Shown here piece by piece: positions 43,572 through 51,534 of a stretch of DNA of 64,000 bases. The position numbers were made by a program, and so were the translations under genes. Under the pieces are notes generated by a model. That model was not told the DNA's origin. It made no database searches and saw only the letters and a list, made by a program, of their open reading frames with translations. Positions within the stretch are counted from its first letter, which is position 1; each line of letters opens with the position of its first letter. This DNA is from a bacterium (GTDB lineage: Bacteria > SZUA-182 > DTGQ01 > JAFGSM01), in NCBI GenBank assembly GCA_049472315.1, contig JBLIRN010000004.1, forward strand, positions 1 through 64,000, given 5' to 3'.

Positions 43572-44624
43572 ATGCTGCGCACATCCACGGAATACAACCG
43601 GGCATTGGCTCTCGGCCTCTTCTTTATTTGTTTCATGCTGATTCTCTTTTCGTTGGGGGTGGAGGCGCTCTTTCCGTACTATGCCCCCATCTTCACCAAT
43701 CCCTTGTATCAAACGATTCAGTTGCCCTTTTCCTATCTGGGCACAGCTTCGAATGCCCAGACTCAAGCCAACAATGCCTCGGCCTTTTCCTACCAGGATT
43801 ACTACGCGGCATATCCATATCTCCAGCAACAAGGCTGGACAACCTCCTCTTACGGGAATGGCACGGTCCAGGGGAACACCGGCAGCGGGTATGTCACAAA
43901 CGGCTTGAATTACAGCACCGGCTTTACCGGTCAATCCGCAACAGGAATATACAAACCACCTACGCTTGCGACACTCTCATCGAGCACCTATCAAACGGTC
44001 TCGAACTACGCCGCCTCCAATACCATAAACCAGCAGTACCAGACCGGGCTGGCACAGGCAGGGACCTACAATCCGCAAGGGGCCTATCTGCCCGCTGCAC
44101 AGAACGGCTACTATGCACCCTCGCAGCAGTCATACTATCCCTATCAGGGTACCGTCTTCACTCAATATACTCAAAATCAACCCACTGTCTACTATCCTGC
44201 AGGCACTTACACCACAAGCCAGACCAACTCAACGGGCTACTATTATCCGAATTCCAACTACTGGCCGAATTCACAGATCACGATGCAGGAGCCGCCTGTT
44301 GACATAGCAGGGCTATACAGGGGGGCATGGGTGAGCGATACCACCGGGAGCTCCAAGGAAATCTGGGCAGATATCGACCAGACGGACGCGCAGGTGCAGG
44401 GGCAGATCAAGCTGATGGGATATATTGTGGAGACCAAGGGGAAGACCAGTGTCTCCGGGACCGTCAACGGCAATACGGTCAGCCTTGATGTCAATCTCAA
44501 TGGATCCGTTCTGAAAGTGGAGGGCACCGTTCAGGACAGCGGTGAGATTGTTGGCACCTATTCCGTGACGGGCTCCTCGGGCTCCATCATCGACGAGGGC
44601 AGCATAACGTTCGAACCCCGGTAG
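43572..44624 (+). CDS. Exported protein: ~205-aa Tyr/Gln/Thr/Ser prion-like region plus C-terminal beta-rich domain
   Basis: Signal peptide ending VEA; only one Asp and one Lys between residues 33 and ~238; C-terminal GLYRGAW..GTY beta-barrel-like domain. Confidence 0.8.
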   Translation: MLRTSTEYNRALALGLFFICFMLILFSLGVEALFPYYAPIFTNPLYQTIQLPFSYLGTASNAQTQANNASAFSYQDYYAAYPYLQQQGWTTSSYGNGTVQGNTGSGYVTNGLNYSTGFTGQSATGIYKPPTLATLSSSTYQTVSNYAASNTINQQYQTGLAQAGTYNPQGAYLPAAQNGYYAPSQQSYYPYQGTVFTQYTQNQPTVYYPAGTYTTSQTNSTGYYYPNSNYWPNSQITMQEPPVDIAGLYRGAWVSDTTGSSKEIWADIDQTDAQVQGQIKLMGYIVETKGKTSVSGTVNGNTVSLDVNLNGSVLKVEGTVQDSGEIVGTYSVTGSSGSIIDEGSITFEPR

Positions 44625-44669
44625 CCGCTCCGGCACGGGGGTGACTCCGCGGCGGGTGAGGCTTCAGGC

Positions 44670-46079
44670 TCAGGGGTATGAAAGGATCTTCGTCAGATCC
44701 AGGTCAGGGCAGTATTCCCGCGCCACCTCTTCCGTTACCATCCCCTTTTTGTAGAGCTTCACCACGGAGTCCTGCATGGTGTGCATTTTGTATCTCCCGC
44801 CGGTCTGTATGGAAGAGGTGAGCTGCATGGTATTCCCTTCCCTGATGATGCTCTTGACCGCCTCGGAGATGATCAGCGCCTCGGTGGCTACCACGCGATC
44901 AGTCCCGTCATTTCGAGGCAACAGGGCCTGAGAGATGATACCTTGAAGACAGTTGCCTAGGGTGATGGATATCTGTTTCCGCTGCTGCACGGCAAACATG
45001 CTCATGATCCTGTCGATCACCTGGATGCAATTCGGTGCATGCATGGAGGTGAGCACCAGGTGCCCGGTCTCCGCAGCGGTGATGGCGGTCTGGACCGATT
45101 CTGAATCCTGGAGTTCCCCAATGAGGATCACGTCCGGATCCTGGCGCAACGCCTCCTTGAGGGCCGTAGAGAACGAGGCGGTATCGGTTCCGATCTCCCT
45201 CTGTTTAATAATGCTTCGTTTATTTTGATGGACATACTCAATCGGGTCCTCCAGGCAGATAATCACCGACTCCCTTTCCGTATTGATGAGATCGACCATC
45301 GCCGCCAGGGTGGTGGTCTTGCCGGCGCCGGTGGGTCCTGCGATGATGACGACCCCTTTCCGCTTGCGGGCAAGATCGGCAACCACATCCGGAAGGCCGA
45401 GTTCGGCTATCGACCTGATTCCGGGCATGATCGTCCGAAAGGTCGCCTCCACATTTCCCCGCTGCATGTGGATATTGACCCGGAACCTCTTTTCCGGGTC
45501 GGGGGAGAATGCAAAATCCAGTTCCTTACATTTCTCGAATCGTTTTATCTGCTCATCGGTGAGGATACTGTAAATAAGCGCCTTGAGATCATCCTTGTAC
45601 AATGCCTCCATATCGAGGGGTACGAGGTGCCCGCAGATTCTCAGGATGGGTGGCCGGCCATAGGTGAGATGCAGATCGGAGGCCCTCTCGCTGTGTGCCA
45701 GGTTGAGAAGCCGAACGATATCCACCGTCTCTATATGCCGCTTTATCCTTTCACGGTCACCACCGTCGATCTGCTCAAATCGTACCCCGATATCGTAGGT
45801 GTGGCCGAAATGTATCTCTTCTATCCGTGCGACCTTTCCAAGAATGCACACCTCGTGATCGATTCCCGGAATGGTAAAGAATAGCTTCAACCGTTGCCCG
45901 AGACACAAGAGCTCCGGGACCTCAAAGAGCACCCCATTCGTGCTGATATCCTTGGAAAGGGATTCATGTGATTCATTCTCCACAATGCCGTCGGATACCT
46001 TGTGGTACCGGATGGGTATCCTTGTCTTAACCCGCGCAGCCTCACGTATGTCCCTTTTATTCATATTCGAATGACCCAT
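44670..46079 (-). CDS. PilZ domain fused to a PilT/PilU-type ATPase
   Basis: N-terminal REAAR (RxxxR) and DISTNG (DxSxxG), IGVRF; then ASDLHL, RFRVN, GPTGAGKTT, LEDPIE, RQDPDVILIGE, TGHLVLTSMH. Confidence 0.9.
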   Translation of the reverse strand: MGHSNMNKRDIREAARVKTRIPIRYHKVSDGIVENESHESLSKDISTNGVLFEVPELLCLGQRLKLFFTIPGIDHEVCILGKVARIEEIHFGHTYDIGVRFEQIDGGDRERIKRHIETVDIVRLLNLAHSERASDLHLTYGRPPILRICGHLVPLDMEALYKDDLKALIYSILTDEQIKRFEKCKELDFAFSPDPEKRFRVNIHMQRGNVEATFRTIMPGIRSIAELGLPDVVADLARKRKGVVIIAGPTGAGKTTTLAAMVDLINTERESVIICLEDPIEYVHQNKRSIIKQREIGTDTASFSTALKEALRQDPDVILIGELQDSESVQTAITAAETGHLVLTSMHAPNCIQVIDRIMSMFAVQQRKQISITLGNCLQGIISQALLPRNDGTDRVVATEALIISEAVKSIIREGNTMQLTSSIQTGGRYKMHTMQDSVVKLYKKGMVTEEVAREYCPDLDLTKILSYP

Positions 46080-46425
46080 TGCCCCCGGCGCCCTTCTCTG
46101 CCGGTCATTCCCCCGTGGCCAGGGGACTCACCGTTGACGCCATGAATCCATCCACCTGAACACCCCTACATTCTACCCATTCAGGGAGAAGGAAGGGAAG
46201 ATAATTTTTGTGATGTGCGGACAAAATACCCGTGCATGTTTCATATTTAATTATCGGAAAATAAAGAAAAAATGACCGAATAGGGGTAATTGCTCACTGT
46301 CTTGCCGGAGGGTGAGTTAATAGGTTGGTCTGACAGGGTTTGGTTGGGAGAAGTCACGGGCACATTATGTGACCGGAAAGCGCTTCATAGTGCGTCGCTG
46401 CGCGACGCCTGGCAAGCTTGGTGTG

Positions 46426-47550
46426 TCAATTCCGCTGAAGCCACCGCTCGAAGAATGGATCGCTGATCCTGTACCCGTCCTTGTCCTTCTGGACAAGCCC
46501 GTTTCTGATCAATGCCTTCAAGGATGCCTGTACGCTCGAAGCGGAACCGAGATTATATTTTATGATCGTATCCTGTGAGAACATCTCCTTTGTCTTTGCC
46601 AGTGCCCGCAACACCGCCCTTTGATGGTGGCTCGAGGAGTCATACCAACTGAAATAGAGTTCTCCCTGATGGTAGATGACGAGATCGATTGCATACAACA
46701 ATGTCTGTTCGCTGATTTCCTTATGGGCGATCTGCCAAAGATGGCATGCAAGCATCTGGATGTGGTAGGGGATGTTCTGGGAAACGGCGACAAGCTGCTC
46801 GGCAATATGGCGGGGGATGCTCTTGGAGGTGTATTCGAACCGTTCGCGGATGAAGTCCACCATGGATTCAGGGTCGATGGGAGGAAGCGGATACAATTTT
46901 GCCATCTTGTAGAAGGGGCGGCGGGAATCGGTGAACATCCTGGTGGCGATGTGGATCTTGCTCGCGATAAAGATGTAATTCACCTTGGTATGATTCACGA
47001 TGAACGGCTTCAGGAGTTCCTCGAACCCCCCTCCGTGCAAACCTTCCACCTCCTGAAATTCGTCGAGCACCACTACCACCTTCTTGTTATATTCCTGGGC
47101 CATCACCTGAGGCAGGTCAATAATATCCTCAAGGGCACTATGAATGTTTTCAGAGGTTTTCGAGAAATCAAACCTGATCCTCCACTGCCCTTCTCCCCCG
47201 ATCTCAAAGCTCGGAACAATGCGCTTGAAAAAGGTGGCGATCTTTTCAAGCCGTTCCTTTAATTCGAACATGGTCTCACTGATAGCCATGGCATAGACCT
47301 CGAGGAACTGCGCACAGGAGGTCGCCCGTTGAAGATCCACATGGATTGGAATAACCGAATTCTGGGTATTCATGATGGAAAGGGCATTTGACACAAGTGA
47401 GCTCTTGCCCAACCGCCGGTAGGCATAAACAAAGACATGTTCATCATGATTAAGGAAATCAATAAGGTCATTGATCTCCTTTTTGCGATTTGCAAAGAAT
47501 TCTCCGGTCACCGCCTCACCAAAACGGAAAGGATTTTTTCCTCTATGCAT
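46426..47550 (-). CDS. AAA+ (archaeal ATPase-like) protein with C-terminal winged helix
   Basis: NPFRFG..FANR, RRLGKSS, LDEFQ, PYHIQ, DPFFERWL. Confidence 0.85.
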   Translation of the reverse strand: MHRGKNPFRFGEAVTGEFFANRKKEINDLIDFLNHDEHVFVYAYRRLGKSSLVSNALSIMNTQNSVIPIHVDLQRATSCAQFLEVYAMAISETMFELKERLEKIATFFKRIVPSFEIGGEGQWRIRFDFSKTSENIHSALEDIIDLPQVMAQEYNKKVVVVLDEFQEVEGLHGGGFEELLKPFIVNHTKVNYIFIASKIHIATRMFTDSRRPFYKMAKLYPLPPIDPESMVDFIRERFEYTSKSIPRHIAEQLVAVSQNIPYHIQMLACHLWQIAHKEISEQTLLYAIDLVIYHQGELYFSWYDSSSHHQRAVLRALAKTKEMFSQDTIIKYNLGSASSVQASLKALIRNGLVQKDKDGYRISDPFFERWLQRN

Positions 47551-47916
47551 GTTCTTCTCCTATCCAAATGGTACTGTTAAATGTGGCAAAACGGAAATTT
47601 ATATCACTATTATAATATATGGCATATTAAAAATCAAATAATTTTTTATATGCATTTCATCCTCTTTTTTTTATATCGTCAAATTTCATTTTTCTTCAAT
47701 GGAAAAAATAAGTTTATAGTTCTTTATCAAGGATCAAATATTATATGAATAAAGGTATACACCAATGATCCATCTTTGTAAAGTGGTGTTGATTTTTGTA
47801 AGAATAATAGGCGATTTGATCGATCCCCATGCAAGAGGCACCGAGATCTTCGCGGGATAGTCCCTCACCGGAATGTGTTTTTTCGCTCCAGGTATACATG
47901 AACATCCTGAAAGGAT

Positions 47917-48225
47917 TCAGGACCCTAACCAGTCATCCTTGAAGCGTTCCTGGTAGTTCAACTCGGGATAATTGCGCTCGAAATCCTCCCGTGAAAAGGA
48001 ATACCGATACCCTTTGCAGTACTCCATGATGAGACCGTACGCCTCATTGATCCCCTTCATGGTATCCCCCTTCTCTCCCCCGGCATCCTTCTTTCCATCC
48101 GGATGAAACATCCGGGCCATCCGCCGGTACGCGGTCTTGATCTCCTGCATGGTTGCCCGCTCGTCGAGGCCCAGTTGCCTCCTCGCCTCATCGAGTTCCT
48201 TGTAATGTAGTATCTTCTTTTTCAT
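47917..48225 (-). CDS. Small DnaJ (J-domain) protein
   Basis: LGL..AT..EIKTAYR..HPD..INEAY. Confidence 0.9.
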   Translation of the reverse strand: MKKKILHYKELDEARRQLGLDERATMQEIKTAYRRMARMFHPDGKKDAGGEKGDTMKGINEAYGLIMEYCKGYRYSFSREDFERNYPELNYQERFKDDWLGS

Positions 48226-48317
48226 GCGCCAAATACCTCCGGAATCAATCTCATGGACCTCGTTGCATGAACCGCTGCGGTTTGCGAGGCCCTGGATGTA
48301 TTCAATGGATGAATAAT

Positions 48318-48346
48318 TTGACAACAGCCTATTAGCATATTAAAAT
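48318..48346 (+). promoter_or_regulatory. sigma70 promoter for the FmdB-like gene
   Basis: TTGACA, 17 bp, TAAAAT. Confidence 0.7.
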
Positions 48347-48450
48347 ATAATAAATTATTAAGCTACTTTTTGCCGATATATAAGATATATTATTGGATTT
48401 CTGGTCACCTGCATTAAACACCATACTGAAACATAGAGGAGACGATTCAG

Positions 48451-48645
48451 ATGCCAATGTATTCATTTCATTGTAATGATTGCGGCCACACATTCGAACA
48501 ATACTTCTATACCATGGATGATCGGAAAGTCCCCCCCTGTCCTGAATGCAAATCGAAAAAGGTCACCAGGCAATTAGGCACTGTGACGTTTACAAAGAAA
48601 TCATCATCCAAAGGCGGTGGTCTTCCGCGGTTCGGCTTCGGCTGA
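48451..48645 (+). CDS. FmdB-family zinc-ribbon protein
   Basis: MPMYSFHCNDCGHTFE...CPECKS; SD GAGGA. Confidence 0.9.
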   Translation: MPMYSFHCNDCGHTFEQYFYTMDDRKVPPCPECKSKKVTRQLGTVTFTKKSSSKGGGLPRFGFG

Positions 48646-48668
48646 GGCCCTAAACGATGAGGGATCGG

Positions 48669-49337
48669 TCAGGTCCCCTGATTTTCTGTTGATCGGATGC
48701 CTGCAGGATGACGGGCGGTTTTATTTCCCTCCATCCTGCAGGTTGACAGCTCTCTTTTTAATTCCCTTCTCAGACCCGGCACATCGGAAAATACCACGCC
48801 CCGGATCCCCAGGCATCGTGCGGCTTGAACGAAGGATTCATTGTCATCTATGTAAACGCACTCCCCGGGCATGATGTGCATCGCCTCCAGAACCCTCTCA
48901 TATATACGAGGATCCGGCTTGCGCAGCCCCATCTCGTAGGAAAGAAAACAGGTCTCGAATGTTGAAAGGATCGGTACGTCCCTCCGAATGGCTTCAAAAT
49001 GGGCCTGATTGGTGTTTGAGAGAAGCGAGAGCCGGTACCGGCATTTCAATTCCTCGATTAAGGGAATGATTTCCTCGTTGGGAACGAAGCCGCTCGACCA
49101 AACATTCAGAAAGTCATCGTAGTCAAGACGGAGATCGAACCGCTCCTTGATGGCGTCAAAAAAACGCACAGGGGTAATCTCCCCCCGATCAAGCGCCTCC
49201 TCAATCCTCTCCGTAAATATATAGTGGTAAATGTCAGCCGGATTTCCGCCCCATGCGGCGATCTTCGCACAGATATGCATGTGGTCGACAAAGACGATGA
49301 CATTGCCCAGATCAAAAAGGATCACCTTTATCGGCAT
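48669..49337 (-). CDS. HAD-superfamily phosphatase (YihX-like)
   Basis: FDLGNV, LSNTN, KPDPRIY, YIDD. Confidence 0.9.
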   Translation of the reverse strand: MPIKVILFDLGNVIVFVDHMHICAKIAAWGGNPADIYHYIFTERIEEALDRGEITPVRFFDAIKERFDLRLDYDDFLNVWSSGFVPNEEIIPLIEELKCRYRLSLLSNTNQAHFEAIRRDVPILSTFETCFLSYEMGLRKPDPRIYERVLEAMHIMPGECVYIDDNESFVQAARCLGIRGVVFSDVPGLRRELKRELSTCRMEGNKTARHPAGIRSTENQGT

Positions 49338-49489
49338 CGGTTACTACCCCGGTCCTCAAAAAAACTCATCCATAACACGGCTGCGCACGGAAGGATTCGG
49401 ATATGAGGTGAGCATTCGCACCAGGCCTGCACAGGTGAAATGGTAACATACTGTTCAGGGCGGGGCAAATGAGCAGGAAAACGGACAGG

Positions 49490-49526
49490 AAAAAAGGGGC
49501 GGTCATCATCATGATGACCGCCCCTT
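49490..49526 (-). terminator. Intrinsic terminator for the 49608-49931 gene
   Basis: Long perfect stem AGGGGCGGTCATCA/TGATGACCGCCCCT followed by a U-tract on the minus strand. Confidence 0.8.
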
Positions 49527-49607
49527 GCGTATCGGACAAAACTATTTACGGCAGGGTGCCCGGCTGGTCAGCCTGTGCACCCGTCGGTTCGTAACGACAA
49601 TTCCTTA

Positions 49608-49931
49608 TTATATGGTCGGGGTCGTCGCTGTTGTTGTATTAAAAAGGCTGCCGAACAAGAACGGATTTAAATGCCCGAAGCCGCCCATCATCCCATAATA
49701 GGGGAAGCTGCCCAGAGTGCTGGTGTCCAGCCCGCTCAGACTCGAATACAGCCAGGGATTGAGGCCGCCCATCCCCATCATGCCGCCCATCATGGGAAAG
49801 AATGGAAGGCTGGTCAATGTGGGTTGGGTTGCCGTCTGGGCTTGTGCCAGGGGTAAGCGGGCACTAACGATCAAAAATCCTGAAACTAAAAATGCACATG
49901 CAACAATCATAAGACTCCGTCTGATAGTCAT
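49608..49931 (-). CDS. Small exported Gly/Met/Phe/Thr-rich protein with internal duplication
   Basis: SD AAAGGAGG; signal ending AQA; repeats FP..GMMG.GGLNPWLYSSL and FPYYGMMGGFGHLNPFLFGSL; own terminator. Confidence 0.8.
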   Translation of the reverse strand: MTIRRSLMIVACAFLVSGFLIVSARLPLAQAQTATQPTLTSLPFFPMMGGMMGMGGLNPWLYSSLSGLDTSTLGSFPYYGMMGGFGHLNPFLFGSLFNTTTATTPTI

Positions 49932-50293
49932 ACGCGTAACCTCCTTTGCGATAACATGATCATGGTGTTGTTGGTTCCTTACTCATACTCCCCCCTTATG
50001 GCTCCATAGTGTTACCCCTCCTTTGTCATGGTGCTGAAACAGTAGTATGAAACAGAACCCCTTATGCGCCCTCTACACGAGTAGTCTTAAAAATGACCGG
50101 CTGCTACGCCTGATTGTTAGGGAGAGCACCATAATGTGGATGTAAGGCACAAGAATCGCTCATGGCGCAAGGGGCCCCGTGCTTTTGCCGATTACCACAC
50201 CTTTTCCATACAACCTTTACATGCAGCAGTTACCGTAGTAATAATAACCGTAAGTATTTGGCGAATGAAGATCCCTTTCGTTACGCCCCCTTC

Positions 50294-50479
50294 ACCCAAG
50301 CTTGCTAGGGCGGAGCGAAGCGGAGCCACTATGAACCCCTCCCGGTTACCTCACAAGCCGAGACTTCACTACCCAAGCTTGCTAGGGCGCAGCGAAGCGG
50401 AGCCACTATGAACCTCTTCCGCTCACCCAAAGGCCCCCGATTCCAACCAACCTTTGCCAGGGCGGAGCGAAGCGGAGCC
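50294..50479. repeat. Three-copy ~77-bp tandem repeat with conserved AGGGCGGAGCGAAGCGGAGCC core
   Basis: Cores start at 50307, 50384 and 50459. Copies 1 and 2 share about 44 bp with one mismatch; copy 3 is degenerate. Confidence 0.9.
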
Positions 50480-50678
50480 CCAAAATCAGGCTTATCATGC
50501 GGAAAGAAGCGGAGATATCAAGTTGTCCTTTCCTTAATATTGAGCAAGCACATATAATTTGATACCATTGATCATTCATGAAGCGATGTGATGCAGGAAA
50601 ACGCATTCCCGGGTATATCACCATGTTTGATGATGCAACTGTTGAAAAGGCGGATGCGATGGAAAGGCTTGCTCCCAT

Positions 50679-51410
50679 ATGAACGCCCAATTGCCATTGG
50701 GTCAACATGTCGACATCCTGGCCATAGGGACCCGTCCGGGTGATGTCGAAATCGGGGTCGGCGGCATTCTCCTTAAAATGGCAATGCGTGGGTATACGAC
50801 GGTCATTTGCGATCTCACCAGTGGAGGCTTACAGGTTCCGGGCAATGCCGGGGTGACCGGTGAAGAGATAAAGGAGGCGTCAGCGATCCTGCACGTATCC
50901 GATCGCACCAATCTCGACTTGGGGGATTTCCCTTTCCAGGCGAATCCTGAATGTGCTCAAATTCTGGCGGACTGCCTCCGCCTCTATAACCCGGATATCA
51001 TCCTGGCACCCCATTGGGAGGATTGGATACCACTTCACCATTTCACCACCCAACTCCTTCACAGGGCGGTTGAAATCGCCGGATTCCCCCATGAAGAGAC
51101 CCCGACCAAACCATACAAGCCATCGTGGATCCTCTACTATCCAACTGCCCGCCCGATCATCCCACAGATCATCGTCAACATAACCTCCTCGTTTGAGGGG
51201 AAGATGGAGGCTGCAAAGGTGTATCAGTCCCTGTTCCACGACAATCCGCCTTGTGCCCCTCACGCATCGACCTCCTCCAGAGACTTCAGTTTTCATGTGG
51301 AATCCCGGGCCCGGCATTTCGGATCGCTGATCAATTGCCGGTTCGGGGAGGGATTGATCCTCGCCCGACCGATTCCCGTGGATGACATCTGCGAAATGAT
51401 CACCCTTTGA
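50679..51410 (+). CDS. PIG-L/BshB1-like deacetylase homolog with altered metal ligands
   Basis: DILAIG..DVEIGVGG, CDLT.G, VNITSSFEGKM..Y.S.F, RARHFG..I...FGEG. AHPDD is replaced by TRPGD and HPDH by IPLH. Confidence 0.8.
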   Translation: MNAQLPLGQHVDILAIGTRPGDVEIGVGGILLKMAMRGYTTVICDLTSGGLQVPGNAGVTGEEIKEASAILHVSDRTNLDLGDFPFQANPECAQILADCLRLYNPDIILAPHWEDWIPLHHFTTQLLHRAVEIAGFPHEETPTKPYKPSWILYYPTARPIIPQIIVNITSSFEGKMEAAKVYQSLFHDNPPCAPHASTSSRDFSFHVESRARHFGSLINCRFGEGLILARPIPVDDICEMITL

Positions 51411-51464
51411 TTCGTTTTTAAAACCGAATTCTTCCGATTTAGAAAACAAGCAAATCTTTGTCTC

Positions 51465-51494
51465 CTTGACACCTTGATGGAGTCAAGCTAACAT
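51465..51494 (+). promoter_or_regulatory. pilB promoter overlapped by an inverted repeat
   Basis: TTGACA (51466), 17 bp, TAACAT (51489); CTTGAC...GTCAAG palindrome at 51465-51487. Confidence 0.7.
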
Positions 51495-51534
51495 TATGAC
51501 ATGCGTAATGGATTAAAAAATAAGGAATATCTTT

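Noticed and set aside
46426..47550. Degenerate Walker A (AYRRLGKS) as a pseudo-ATPase or defence STAND protein
   Set aside because: Replacement of the first Gly is common in this archaeal-ATPase-like family, and there is no nuclease or effector domain or partner gene.
50145..50160. Plus-strand sigma54-like AGGCACAAGAATCGCT pointing at the repeat array
   Set aside because: Mismatches at both the -24 and -12 flanks; too weak without TSS data.
50294..50479. Canonical CRISPR array
   Set aside because: Only three units, the intervening segments are partly homologous to each other, the repeat lacks typical CRISPR ends, and no cas genes or AT-rich leader are adjacent. Kept as an unclassified repeat.
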